NCBI GenBank assembly: GCA_963797555.1
Contig: CAWCPV010000009.1
Location: 1-64,000 of the forward strand
Source: an uncultured Gammaproteobacteria bacterium
GTDB taxonomy: Bacteria; Pseudomonadota; Gammaproteobacteria; CAWCPV01
Direction of reading: 5' to 3'
DNA: 64,000 bases
A program made the position numbers and the translations under genes. The notes under the pieces are model-generated. The model was not told the origin of the DNA, made no database searches, and saw only the letters and a list, made by a program, of their open reading frames with translations. Below are positions 53,590-64,000 of the stretch, in pieces (within the stretch, counting starts at the first letter, position 1; each line of letters starts with the position of its first letter).

Positions 53590-54719
53590 TTCCGTTTGTC
53601 GATCTCAAGGCTCAATATGCTTCGATCAGGGACGAGATCGGAGTCGCGATCCAGGGAATTCTGGAATCTTGCCAGTTTACACTCGGGAGCGAGGTGGCGG
53701 CATTCGAGAAGGAATTTGCAGCATACTGTCATGCGGAATATGGCATCGGCGTCAATTCCGGTACCAGTGCCCTGCATGTCGCTTTATTGGCGGCCGGCAT
53801 CGGGTCCGGTGACGAAGTCATCACGGTTCCGTTTACCTTCGTCGCTACGGTCGCGGCCATCCACTACACGGGCGCGAGACCGGTCTTCGTCGACATCGAG
53901 CCGCGGTCGTTTACGATGGACCCCACGGCCATTGAGGGTGCGATCACAGAGAAGACCAAGGCTATCCTGCCGGTGCATTTGTATGGTCAGCCAGCCGATA
54001 TGGACCCTATTTTGAAGATAGCCAAGAATCGCGGCCTGGTGGTAATCGAAGACGCGGCCCAAGCGCACGGCGCGGAGTACCGCGACAGACGCGTAGGCAG
54101 CCTGGGCGACATGAGTTGCTTCAGTTTCTATCCCGGTAAGAATCTAGGGGCGTACGGTGAAGGTGGCATGGTAGTTACCAACAACCCGGACTATGCGCGC
54201 ACCATGCGGATGCTTCGTGACTGGGGTGCGGAGCGGAAATACGAACACGTCATCAAGGGGTATAATTACCGCCTGGAGGGTATTCAGGGCGCCGTGCTTC
54301 GAGTTAAATTGCGTCACTTGGAAGCCTGGACGGAAGCGCGCCGATCCGCGGCATCACGCTACGACAAGCTACTGGCGGGCAGCGGCATTCCCACGCCGGA
54401 AGCGATGCCGTACTCTCGGCACGTCTATCACATCTATGCCATCCGTACCCCGCAGCGGCTCGCCTGGCAAGATGCGCTGCAAGCGCAAGGTATCCAGACG
54501 GGCATCCACTACCCGATACCGGTACACCTGCTTCCCGCATACGCCGACCTGGGCTACAAGGCGGGGGATTTCCCTCACTCCGAGCGGGCCGCGAACGAAA
54601 TGTTGTCATTGCCGATGTTCGCGGAGTTGACTCCAGCACAGTGCGAGGCGGTCGGCAGTGCCGTGAGGGATCTCGCGGGCGCCCCCGGGGTGGGGCTGAA
54701 ACTTCGGGCCAAGGGATAG
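53586..54719 (+). CDS. DegT/DnrJ/EryC1/StrS aminotransferase (WbpE-like)
   Basis: NSGTSAL, EDAAQAHG and SFYPGKNLGAYGEGG. Confidence 0.94.
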   Translation: MIPFVDLKAQYASIRDEIGVAIQGILESCQFTLGSEVAAFEKEFAAYCHAEYGIGVNSGTSALHVALLAAGIGSGDEVITVPFTFVATVAAIHYTGARPVFVDIEPRSFTMDPTAIEGAITEKTKAILPVHLYGQPADMDPILKIAKNRGLVVIEDAAQAHGAEYRDRRVGSLGDMSCFSFYPGKNLGAYGEGGMVVTNNPDYARTMRMLRDWGAERKYEHVIKGYNYRLEGIQGAVLRVKLRHLEAWTEARRSAASRYDKLLAGSGIPTPEAMPYSRHVYHIYAIRTPQRLAWQDALQAQGIQTGIHYPIPVHLLPAYADLGYKAGDFPHSERAANEMLSLPMFAELTPAQCEAVGSAVRDLAGAPGVGLKLRAKG

Positions 54720-55352
54720 ATGGCTTCATCCGGTGCGCAGCCGCTGCTGATCTTCCCTTGTAACGGCAATGGGCTCGAGGCATTGGACTGCCTTGGTGAG
54801 AGTTTCCGTCTGATCGGATTTATCGACGATACGCCGGAGAAGCAGGGCAGAGCCATGGACGGCTGTCCAGTTTACGGTCGAGACGCGCTCACGCGGTGGC
54901 CCGCGGCGCAGGTCCTGGCCGTTCCGGGGAGCCCGACCTCGTACCGTCGCCGCGCGCAGATCATCGACGGCCTAGGTATCAGTGTCGACCGCTTCGCCAC
55001 CGTGATTCATCCTGCCGCGACTGTGTCGCCGCGGGCCCGGCTCGGCCGCAACGTGCTGATCATGGCGGGCGTTGTGGTTACCAGTAACGCCAGCATCCGT
55101 GACCACGTCTGCGTTTTGCCCAACAGCGTGATCCATCACGATGCGGTCGTCGGGGCATGGGGCCTGATCGGCTCCAACGTGACAGTCGCTGGAGGTGCCG
55201 TCCTGGGCGAGAACTGTTACATTGGGAGCGGATCTTCCATCATGAATGGCCTGAACGTGGGTGAGGGAGCCTTGGTGGGCCTTGGCTCCAACGTGATCCG
55301 GAGCGTCCCGGCGGGTGTTAGGGTCGTGGGCAACCCCGCGAAGCCGATTTGA
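54720..55352 (+). CDS. NeuD/PglD-family sugar acetyltransferase
   Basis: GFIDD, TVIHP, hexapeptide repeats and VVGNPAK. Confidence 0.9.
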   Translation: MASSGAQPLLIFPCNGNGLEALDCLGESFRLIGFIDDTPEKQGRAMDGCPVYGRDALTRWPAAQVLAVPGSPTSYRRRAQIIDGLGISVDRFATVIHPAATVSPRARLGRNVLIMAGVVVTSNASIRDHVCVLPNSVIHHDAVVGAWGLIGSNVTVAGGAVLGENCYIGSGSSIMNGLNVGEGALVGLGSNVIRSVPAGVRVVGNPAKPI

Positions 55353-55416
55353 CACCGTGGACCTCGCAGCCCGGAAGCGTCCGACAGCTCGCGAATGAAC
55401 GAAACGGAGACTCTGA

Positions 55417-56391
55417 ATGGATATCGACGGCGCGAGCATCCTGGTGACGGGAGGTTGCGGGCTCATCGGGTCGACAACCATCGACCTGCTTCTGCAGGAT
55501 TTCTCACCCGCACGCATTGTGATACTCGACAACCTGATCCGGGGTACACTGGCCAATGTGAACGAGGCGTTGAGGGACCCTCGCGTGACGCTGATGCGCG
55601 GCGACATTCGCGACCTCGACACGGTACGTAGGGCCACCGACGGCATGGATGCAGTCATCCACATGGCGGCGCTTCGCATTACCGCCTGCGCTGCAGATCC
55701 GCGCGAGGCGATGGGGGCGATGTGCGACGGCAGCTTCAACGTGGTGGAGGCCGCACAGGCAGCCGGTGCGAAGAAGGTGGTTGCCGCCTCATCGGCGTCG
55801 GTTTACGGGTTGGCCGACACGTTTCCGACCCGCGAAGACCATCACCCCTACAATAACCGGACCTGGTATGGCGCGAGCAAGGTGATGCTGGAGGGCCTGC
55901 TGCGGTCTTACAACGAGATGTTCGGGTTGCCGTACGCCGCACTCCGCTACTTCAACGTGTATGGCCCCCGGATGGATATCCACGGCAAGTATACCGAGGT
56001 CTTGGTGCGCTGGATGGAACGGATCGATTCTGGCCAACCGCCGCTCGTCCTCGGTGACGGCAACCAGACCATGGACTTCGTCTACATCGAGGATGCCGCC
56101 CGATCGAATATTCTTGCGCTGGAGTCCGACCTGACCGACGACGTGTTCAACGTTGCGAGCGGCACCGAGACCAGCCTCAATGAGTTGGCGGCGGCGCTGC
56201 TCAAGGTGATGGGCTCGGATCTCGAGCCCGAGCACGGCCCGGAGCGCAAGGTGAGTCCGGTATCGCGGCGCTTGGCTGACACCCGCAAGGCCGAGAAACG
56301 GCTCGGATTCAGGGCGCAGGTGGGGCTGGAAGAGGGACTGGCCCGATTGGTGGATTGGTGGCGCGCAAACCGGTCGATATTCAGCTCATGA
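55417..56391 (+). CDS. NAD-dependent epimerase/dehydratase
   Basis: [14 protein letters not shown] and LRYFNVYGP. Confidence 0.92.
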   Translation: MDIDGASILVTGGCGLIGSTTIDLLLQDFSPARIVILDNLIRGTLANVNEALRDPRVTLMRGDIRDLDTVRRATDGMDAVIHMAALRITACAADPREAMGAMCDGSFNVVEAAQAAGAKKVVAASSASVYGLADTFPTREDHHPYNNRTWYGASKVMLEGLLRSYNEMFGLPYAALRYFNVYGPRMDIHGKYTEVLVRWMERIDSGQPPLVLGDGNQTMDFVYIEDAARSNILALESDLTDDVFNVASGTETSLNELAAALLKVMGSDLEPEHGPERKVSPVSRRLADTRKAEKRLGFRAQVGLEEGLARLVDWWRANRSIFSS

Positions 56392-57577
56392 TTCCCATCG
56401 CCAAGCCCTTGATGGGCGAGCCGGAAGCCGACGCGGCGCGGCGGGTGATCCTGAGCGGGTGGATCACGCAGGGTCCCGAGGTAGCCGCCTTCGAGCGGGA
56501 GTTTGCGGCCTTCGTCGGTGCCCCGTATGCGTGCGCGGTATCCAGTTGTACAACGGCGCTGCATCTTGCGCTGCTGACAGTCGGTGTGCAGCCCGGCGAC
56601 GAAGTCATCACCGTCAGTCACTCCTACATCGCTACGGCCAATGCGATCCGATACTGCGGAGCCACCCCGGTATTCGTGGATATCGACCGCAAAGCTTTAA
56701 CATGGACCCGTCGCTGATCGAGTGCGCTATGAGCGGGCGTACGCGCGCCATTTTCGGCGTGCATCAGATGGGCATGCCGTGCGATTTGGGACAGATACTC
56801 GAGATTGCACGTCGTCATGCGCTGCCTGTCATCGAGGACGCAGCGTGCGCCATCGGCAGCGAAATTCTGTGGAGCGGCCAATGGCAGAAAGTAGGCAAGC
56901 CGCACGGCGACATCGCATGCTTTTCCTTTCATCCCCGCAAGGTCATCAGTACCGGCGATGGCGGAATGATCACGACCGAGAATGCCGACTGGGACGCAAG
57001 ATTCCGCTTGTTGCGCCAACATGCCATGAGCGTGCCTGACACGGTGCGCCATGGGGCCAGCCAGGTCATCTTCGAGTCCTATCCGACGCTCGGTTACAAC
57101 TACCGCATGACCGACATACAGGCAGCCGTTGGACGCGAGCAACTGCGACGGCTGCCCGAGATCATCGCAAAGCGACGCGCTCTGGCAGAGCAATACCGGG
57201 AACTGCTCGCGGACGCGCCTGGCCTAAAGCTGCCTAGCGAATCGGAATTCGCACGCACCAACTGGCAAAGCTACTGCGTAGGTTTGCCGCCGGGCTGCGA
57301 TCAGCGGGTCGTGATGCAGGTCATGTTGGACGCTGGGGTGGCGACTCGCCGTGGGATTATGTGCTCGCATCGGGAACCGGCATATCCACACAGCGTCTGG
57401 TCCTGCGGGGTCGCAGCAGAGAATTGTGGGTGTGCAGATGGTCACTGCCGACGACTGAGGCATAGCGAAGAGTCGCAAGACAGAACCATCATCCTGCCAT
57501 TGTTTCCGCAGATGAGCTTCGAGCAGCAGAACCAGGTCGTGGTTGCTTTGCGTGATGCCTTGCGTACATGCCAGTAA
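56388..57577 (+). CDS. Second DegT-family aminotransferase, frameshifted near 56690
   Basis: SGWITQGP and SSCTTALH, then in another frame EDAACAIG and [14 protein letters not shown]. Confidence 0.88.
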
Positions 57578-57723
57578 GCCGGAGCGTCCATCAGGATCTT
57601 AGCGCTCTGGAACCCGCTGTGGATGCCCGCGTGGGCGGTTAAGAATGTTGAGTTGTTGCCACCGCTGAGGTCGGTATCGGGCCCTTTCACCGAGCGGTTC
57701 AACGGCGACTGGAAGGTAAGGTT

Positions 57724-59010
57724 ATGGCACACAACAGAAAGATCTCCGTGATCGGGCTCGGGTATGTGGGGTTGCCGGTGGCCGCGGAATTCGGCAAGCG
57801 CCAGCGGATTGTCGGCTTCGACATCAATCCCCAGCGCATCCAGGAGTTGAGACGCGGCTGGGATCGGACCCACGAGGTCGAGCCTCGCGATCTGCGGGAG
57901 GCCGACATCGTCTACACCGATCAAAGTGAAGACTTGCGGGCAGCCGACTTTCATATCGTTGCGGTGCCCACCCCCGTCGATCGAGCCAAGCAGCCGGACC
58001 TGGGCGCGGTGATCCGGGCCTCGGAGACGGTCGGGCGCCAGCTCAAGTCGGGCGATATCGTCGTCTATGAATCAACGGTGTATCCGGGCGCCACGGAAGA
58101 GGATTGCGTCCCGGTGTTGGAGCGCACCTCGGGGCTTCGTTGCGGTGTCGACTTCTTCGTGGGCTACTCGCCGGAGCGTATCAACCCAGGCGACAAGGCC
58201 CATGTGTTCAAGAGTATCACCAAGATCGTCGCGGGCCAGACCCCTGAGGTCCTGGATATCGTCGCGGCGGTGTACGGCTCCGTTGTCATCGCCGGTGTGC
58301 ACAGGGCAAGTTCTATCAAGGTCGCCGAAGCGGCCAAGGTGATAGAGAACACCCAACGCGACCTCAACATTTCCCTAATGAACGAGCTTGCCTTGATCTT
58401 CAACAAGATGGGCATAGACACCCGGGAGGTGCTGGCGGCGGCCGGCACCAAGTGGAACTTCCTGCCCTTTGACCCTGGCTTGGTAGGAGGGCATTGCATA
58501 GGCGTGGACCCCTACTACCTGACCTACAAAGCCCAGGTGTTGGGGTATACCCCCCAGGTGATCCTGGCAGGGCGCAGCATCAACGATGGGCTAGGGACCT
58601 ATATCGCCGGCCAGGTTGTAAAGCAGCTCATCCACGCTGGGCGCAATGTCAAGGGCAGCGTGGTGACGGTCCTGGGCGTAACTTTCAAGGAAAACGTGCC
58701 GGACCTGCGTAACACCCGAGTCATCGACCTCATCCAGGATCTCAGGGATTACGGCGTCCGGGTCCAGACTCATGACCCTCTTGCCGATCCGGCGGAGGCC
58801 CAAGAGGCATACGGCCTTACGCTCCTCGCCGAAGACCGCCTGGCTCCGGCGGATGCGGTAGTACTGGCTGTGTGTCACGAGCAGTACGTGGCGAGCGGTT
58901 GGGGTGGTATCACCCCCCTGCTCAAGGGCGGGGAAGGGGTGGTCATAGACGTTAAGGCTACGCTGCCGAGGGCACTGCAACCGGCGGGTGTGACTCTCTG
59001 GCGCCTGTAG
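57724..59010 (+). CDS. Nucleotide-sugar dehydrogenase (UDP-GlcNAc/GalNAc 6-dehydrogenase, WbpO/TviB-like)
   Basis: GLGYVGLP, ESTVYPG, SPERINPG, GGHCIGVDP and FKENVPDLRN. Confidence 0.94.
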   Translation: MAHNRKISVIGLGYVGLPVAAEFGKRQRIVGFDINPQRIQELRRGWDRTHEVEPRDLREADIVYTDQSEDLRAADFHIVAVPTPVDRAKQPDLGAVIRASETVGRQLKSGDIVVYESTVYPGATEEDCVPVLERTSGLRCGVDFFVGYSPERINPGDKAHVFKSITKIVAGQTPEVLDIVAAVYGSVVIAGVHRASSIKVAEAAKVIENTQRDLNISLMNELALIFNKMGIDTREVLAAAGTKWNFLPFDPGLVGGHCIGVDPYYLTYKAQVLGYTPQVILAGRSINDGLGTYIAGQVVKQLIHAGRNVKGSVVTVLGVTFKENVPDLRNTRVIDLIQDLRDYGVRVQTHDPLADPAEAQEAYGLTLLAEDRLAPADAVVLAVCHEQYVASGWGGITPLLKGGEGVVIDVKATLPRALQPAGVTLWRL

Positions 59011-59438
59011 AGGGCGTGACGCGAGAAATGTAGTCATCACTAACACCTCGGCGCCAACGTCCTCCGCCCTGCCCTTCTGACGCAGTTCCACCGTCTTCAG
59101 CCACGTGCCCGTGCGCTCGGCCATCGCCTTGCCGCCCGGTCCTTGCGGACAGGCAAGACCTTAACGCCCTTGCGCAAATCGATATGCCGCCGGCGTCACC
59201 CGATGGCCTCCTTCGGCTGACAACTCGGCTTTCTTCAGTCCTTCTGCCCGCATCGGGCGATAATGCCTGCAGACGGCCCGGTATTTCACCTCGGCACCGT
59301 CCCTTATGGGTTCATTGCCTCGCGTGTTGCACCCATGTTTCCGTGCAGCGGCCTTCGATTGGTCAAGAAAAGTCGAGTGCCGACGTTTGTCAATGGGCTA
59401 TGAGTTGAACGCGTCTCTGCTTTGTAGAGGTCTGAAAC

Positions 59439-60590
59439 ATGAACGCTAGCATCCGCCGTAACACGAACTTCGACCCCAACCCGGCGACTGTCGCAAATGT
59501 TTACGGTAAAATGCACGTAGACCCTGATACTCCCTTCCAGTGGCATTTGCCTCTAAGTAAATTTGCCTTCCTGGAGCAGTTGCGCCGGGAGGAGCGCCGG
59601 GCAAACCGTTCCAATGGTCATTTGTCCATTGCACTTATTCGTCTTGACAACGAGAGTGCCAGTGATCTCCGTAGCTCCATGGCGATATTAAAGCGTCTCC
59701 AAAACAGCGTGCGAGAGACAGATATTCTTGGCTGTCTCGATAAGGAAGTATTCGGTGTAATACTTCCGGATACGGACGAGAACAGGACACAAGATTTCAA
59801 GAATCGGATCGTTAACGGACACAAGAATCCACCCTTCACCATTATCACCGGGACTTATCCTGGCATGCTCTTTCAGAACCTCTTAACAGAGGACCAAGCT
59901 CGGTCGGAGTTATATCCTCTATTTATGGAAGATCCGCAAAAATGCAAAGGATTTGCCTACTTGTTGAAGAGGAGTCTTGACATCCTGGGTGCCGTCGTCG
60001 GGATACTTCTCTTCTCTCCCCTGATGCTGATTGCAGCTTTGGCGATTAAGATAACTTCTCCAGGGCCGATTATTTTCAGACAAATGCGCTTAGGTCAAAG
60101 GGGTGTGCCGTTCGTATTCTACAAGTTTCGATCCATGTTTGCGAATACGGATGAGCGAATCCACCGAGAGTATGTCAGCCATTTGATCGAAGGAAATCTT
60201 GATCACATTAATCAAGGGGACAAGGAAAAGCCATTGTATAAGATGAAATCTGATCCGAGAATTACGCGAGTTGGTAGGATCATTCGGAAAACGAGTATTG
60301 ATGAGCTTCCGCAGCTTTTCAATGTGCTAAAGGGAGACATGAGTCTGGTGGGGCCGCGGCCGCCCCTTCCTTACGAAGTCGAGAAATATCAGGCCTGGCA
60401 TCTCGCCCGAATATTAGAGATAAAGCCGGGTATTACCGGGCTCTGGCAGGTGGAAGGGCGCAGTGCAACATCGTTCGATGACATGGTGAGGCTCGACATT
60501 CGGTATATTCGGAACTGGTCGCTTATGCTCGACCTAAAAATTCTGCTCAAAACAGTCAGAGTGGTCCTGCAGTCCGCTGGCGCCGTCTAG
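59439..60590 (+). CDS. Priming sugar transferase with an N-terminal degenerate GGDEF-like domain
   Basis: C-terminal [36 protein letters not shown] and [11 protein letters not shown]-terminal REERRANR...[22 protein letters not shown]. Confidence 0.9.
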   Translation: MNASIRRNTNFDPNPATVANVYGKMHVDPDTPFQWHLPLSKFAFLEQLRREERRANRSNGHLSIALIRLDNESASDLRSSMAILKRLQNSVRETDILGCLDKEVFGVILPDTDENRTQDFKNRIVNGHKNPPFTIITGTYPGMLFQNLLTEDQARSELYPLFMEDPQKCKGFAYLLKRSLDILGAVVGILLFSPLMLIAALAIKITSPGPIIFRQMRLGQRGVPFVFYKFRSMFANTDERIHREYVSHLIEGNLDHINQGDKEKPLYKMKSDPRITRVGRIIRKTSIDELPQLFNVLKGDMSLVGPRPPLPYEVEKYQAWHLARILEIKPGITGLWQVEGRSATSFDDMVRLDIRYIRNWSLMLDLKILLKTVRVVLQSAGAV

Positions 60591-60642
60591 TGCGCAAGGC
60601 GAACCGTGGAGAGAAAGGCGAAGGCATCTGACAGCTACCCGC

Positions 60643-62217
60643 ATGCCATTAACTCCTTGTAATAAACTCCCTTCTGGTCCTTCGCTGCAAGATACGCCTC
60701 GAACGGACGAGGTCGAGACCACGGGCGAGAAGCATAGGTACGGCCAGATTCTGAAGTCCTCGGCATTGATCGGGGGCTCGTCGATGCTGACCATCGCCAT
60801 CGGAATCGTCCGTACCAAGGCCATGGCGTTGCTGCTGGGTCCAGCCGGGTTCGGACTGATGAGCTTGTACAGCTCGATTTCGGACCTCGCTCGCAGCATT
60901 GGTGAAATGGGGATTAACAGCAGTGGTGTTCGCCAGATCGCGGACGCAGTGGGTTCGGGTGACACCGATCGCATTGCGCGGACCGCGACCATCCTGCGAC
61001 GAATAGCGGTCGTACTTGGACTGTTTGGAGCCAGTCTGCTGATGCTGTTCTCTGTAACCAGGTGTCGACGCTGACGTTTGGCAACGATCAGCATGCTGGC
61101 TCCGTGGCCCTGCTGTCGCTGGCGGTGCTGTTCGGCTGCGTAGCCGGGGGGCAAGGCGCGCTGATCCAGGGGATGCGGCGCATTGCGGATCTCGCGAAGA
61201 TGGGCGTATTGGGCGCGCTCTTTGGAACCATCATCAGCATCCCGTTGGTTTATTTCTTTGGCGAGGAAGGGGTCGTCCTGTCTCTCGTAGGTATTGCGGC
61301 GATGTCGGTTCTCACCTCTTGGTGGTACAGCCGCAAGGTAGCAGTGCAGATGCCTTCCATGACGCTGTCGCAAGTGAGGCGGGAAGCAGCGGACTTTGCT
61401 GAAACTCGGCTTTGCGTTCATGGCCAGTGCGCTGATGATGACGGGGGTCGCCTACGTAGTGCGCCTCATTTTGTCACGCGAAGTCGGTCTCGATGCAGCC
61501 GGATTGTATCAATCGGCTTGGACCCTTGGCGGACTGTATGTTGGGTTCGTTCTGCAGGCCATGGGCGCGGACTTTTACCCCCGTTTGACCGGTGTCGCCA
61601 GGGACAATGCCGCCTGCAACCGCATGGTGAACGAACAGGCGCAAGTCAGTCTGTTGTTAGCAGGACCGGGCGTCATCGCCACCCTCGTCTTTGCACCGCT
61701 GGTGATCTGCACTGCTCTATAGCGCCAGGTTCGACGGGGCGGTAGGAATCCTACGTTGGATATGCCTTGGAATGGCCCTTCGGGTGATTATCTGGCCGAT
61801 CGGCTTCATTATTCTGGCAAAAGGCGCGCAGAACCTTTTCTTCTGGACCGAGTTGGCCTGGACGGTCGTCCACCTCGGTCTCGCGTGGGCGTGTGTGAGA
61901 TCGTTCGGTGCCGATGGTGCCGGCATTGCTTTCTTTGGATCGTACATTTTTCACGGATTTATCATCTACGCGATTGTACACCGCGTCTACGGATTTCGAT
62001 GGTCAACCCCGAACACTCGGACAGCCTTGCTTTTGGTTGTTTGATCGCGGTCGTGTTCTGCGGGTTCTACCTACTTCCACTCATGTTAGCTTACGGCGTG
62101 GGGACGTTGGCGGTGTTTGCGAGTGGCTTTTATTCGATACGTCGGTTAATCAATCTGGTCTCTTGGGACCAGATCACGCGTCCCGTGCGGCGGTGGCTTG
62201 CGGCCTTTGCTTTCTAA
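60643..62217 (+). pseudogene. wzx: Wzx-type polysaccharide flippase with several frameshifts
   Basis: YGQILKSSALIGGS, RTKAMALLLGPAGFG and AGLYQSAWTL...GADFYPRL spread over several frames (breaks at ~61060, 61395, 61710 and 62030). Confidence 0.85.
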
Positions 62218-62244
62218 AACGGCAATCATTCGAGGAGCCGTGCT

Positions 62245-63267
62245 GTGACCTCTGTGGATGTCATTGTACCTTGTTACCGTTATGGACATTTTCTGCGACA
62301 GTGTGTAGAAAGTGTTCTTGCGGAATCCGTACAAAAGGTTCGCGTTCGAATCATTGACGACGCTTCGCCAGATAACACGGCCGAAGTGGCTGCGGATCTC
62401 GAGAGCGAGGACTCGAGAGTAACGTTCGTGCGGCACATTGTGAACAAAGGGCACATCGCGACGTATAACGAAGGCATTGAATGGGCTACAGCGGACTACT
62501 TATTGATTCTGTCGGCAGACGATTACTTGCTTCCAGGCGCACTTAGTCGCGCAGTAAACCTCATGGATGCACATCCGGAAGTTGGTTTCGTTTTTGGTAA
62601 TTTCATCCGCCTCAGCGATGCCGGCGCCATAAGTCAAGTACAAAGACGTGTGAGGGTCAGTGATAAGCGGGGCTGGCGTATCTTGACCGGGCGGGAATTC
62701 ATCGAACTTACCGGGGCGAGCAACTTTGTAGCTTCACCTACTGCGGTTGTAAGAACGATTCTGCAGAAGCGATTGGGAGGATACCGCCCTGAGTTGCCTC
62801 ACAGCGGTGATATGGAGATGTGGTTGCGGTTATCTGCACATGCTTCAGTCGGATTCGTGAAAGCGCATCAGGCAGTCTATCGTCGTCATTCTGAGAATAT
62901 GTCAAAGGCTTACATTGGGACAGTCTGGCTTCCGGATCTTCAACAGCGAAAGGCTGCGCTAGAGTGTTTTTTGGAAAACTACAGCAATGTTTTGCCCGAC
63001 GCCCAACAACTACACCGGCGGATGTTTTGGTCGCTTGCTCGCATAACGATTGGGTGCGCCAGTGCGGCATTCGCCAATGGCGAAATCGAGATTTCTAACG
63101 ACCTTTGCGGGTTGGCACTCGAGGTTTGTCCCAAGGTTAAGAGATCGTTGTCGTGGATAAAGTTTGCGTACATACGGCATGTGGGCAGCCTAGCAGGGCG
63201 CAGTTCGCTGACGATTGTCAGCGGATTCCGCAAAGTGCTATCCACCTTTATGGGCTTGTTAAGTTGA
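62245..63267 (+). CDS. Glycosyltransferase family 2
   Basis: VIVPCYRY, IIDDASPDNT, LSADD and GDMEMWLR. Confidence 0.92.
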   Translation: MTSVDVIVPCYRYGHFLRQCVESVLAESVQKVRVRIIDDASPDNTAEVAADLESEDSRVTFVRHIVNKGHIATYNEGIEWATADYLLILSADDYLLPGALSRAVNLMDAHPEVGFVFGNFIRLSDAGAISQVQRRVRVSDKRGWRILTGREFIELTGASNFVASPTAVVRTILQKRLGGYRPELPHSGDMEMWLRLSAHASVGFVKAHQAVYRRHSENMSKAYIGTVWLPDLQQRKAALECFLENYSNVLPDAQQLHRRMFWSLARITIGCASAAFANGEIEISNDLCGLALEVCPKVKRSLSWIKFAYIRHVGSLAGRSSLTIVSGFRKVLSTFMGLLS

Positions 63268-64000
63268 TTGAACCTAACGATCATGGCGATTGACTCACCA
63301 TTCCAGAGCATGAAAAATGCCGTCAACCAACTCTTCCTCACCCGATGACCAAGGTTAGAGGCACCTTGGGCGGTGCTTGACCGAGGTCCGCGAGCGAGGA
63401 AGCTTCTCCCCCCATCGTGTCTTTCGGAGACGGCGAGGGGTTGTGTCGTCTCGGGCTCCATCTTTTTCACGTTATCGCGTGGCCACGTAACAGTTGCGGG
63501 CTTGGGTTAGTTAATGAAGGCCTGACGCGACTATGGGCGGGTATGAGACCTGTCCAGAAAGTGGTGAGGAAGTCAAAAGGGGCGAGACGTGCTGCCAACC
63601 GCCCACAATACGTTTAGTCACCAAGCTGTCGCGGGCCGCAGGGGATGCGTGAAGGACGCTGAACAACGACCAAACGGTCCAACTGTTGTTTGGAGAGCGA
63701 CAAGACCAGGCGCAAACAATGGCCATGGGGGCACGTGGTGGAGGTACGCAGGTTCCGCAACGGAACGCTTCTGTTGGGAGCGACGAAACGCTATGTGGCA
63801 GGCAAGTGAGCGGTATTTCGGGCCGGGTTACTAATAGCTCGCCGGGATTGTTGCCTTTCATGCAGCCCCCTGTTTGAGAATGACGACATCTACGGTTGCT
63901 GTGGCTGAGAGGCCGCGGCCTCAGGTCGCTGGCAGACGGGCTCAGAACCGCGGCCGTGTCTTATGGCGATCCCTTCTCCGGAGCCGATAAGAGCATGGAC

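Noticed and set aside
63270-64000. Possible IS remnants at the window end
   Set aside because: There is only a faint resemblance, with no convincing transposase motif or IR pair.

Overview
GC-rich bacterial window, probably gammaproteobacterial (inferred from gene content). It has four parts. (1) 1-7.8 kb: nested, decayed insertion sequences (IS3, IS5, IS66, an rve/ISNCY-like element, IS110) around a cold-shock gene. (2) 5.6-16.0 kb, minus strand: a compact signalling operon encoding an FHA-GAF-HD-GYP phosphodiesterase, a small two-repeat protein, a HEAT-repeat Ser/Thr kinase, two PilT-like ATPases, a PP2C phosphatase and a double-FHA protein. (3) 16.6-33 kb: mixed accessory and housekeeping genes (cytochrome c, HugZ-DUF924 fusion, DUF4139 pair, MgtC/DUF4010, RNA ligase remnant, beta-helix protein, M20 peptidase, moeB, metA). 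(4) 33.1-63.3 kb, plus strand: a sigma70-like promoter, a c-di-GMP-I riboswitch and a 4 x 229 bp tandem array in which every unit carries an ops/JUMPStart motif, followed by a ~28 kb exopolysaccharide cluster (glmS, wza, chain-length protein, degenerate BY-kinase, ExeA-like ATPase, a ~3000-aa WD40/CE4-like/DUF4082 surface protein, amino-sugar genes, a priming transferase with a degenerate GGDEF domain, wzx, GT2). The best candidates for undescribed systems are the kinase/phosphatase/HD-GYP/PilT operon and the riboswitch plus amplified ops leader ahead of the EPS cluster. Many single-base frameshifts in otherwise intact genes may be sequencing or assembly errors. All family assignments come from recognising motifs by eye, with no database searches.
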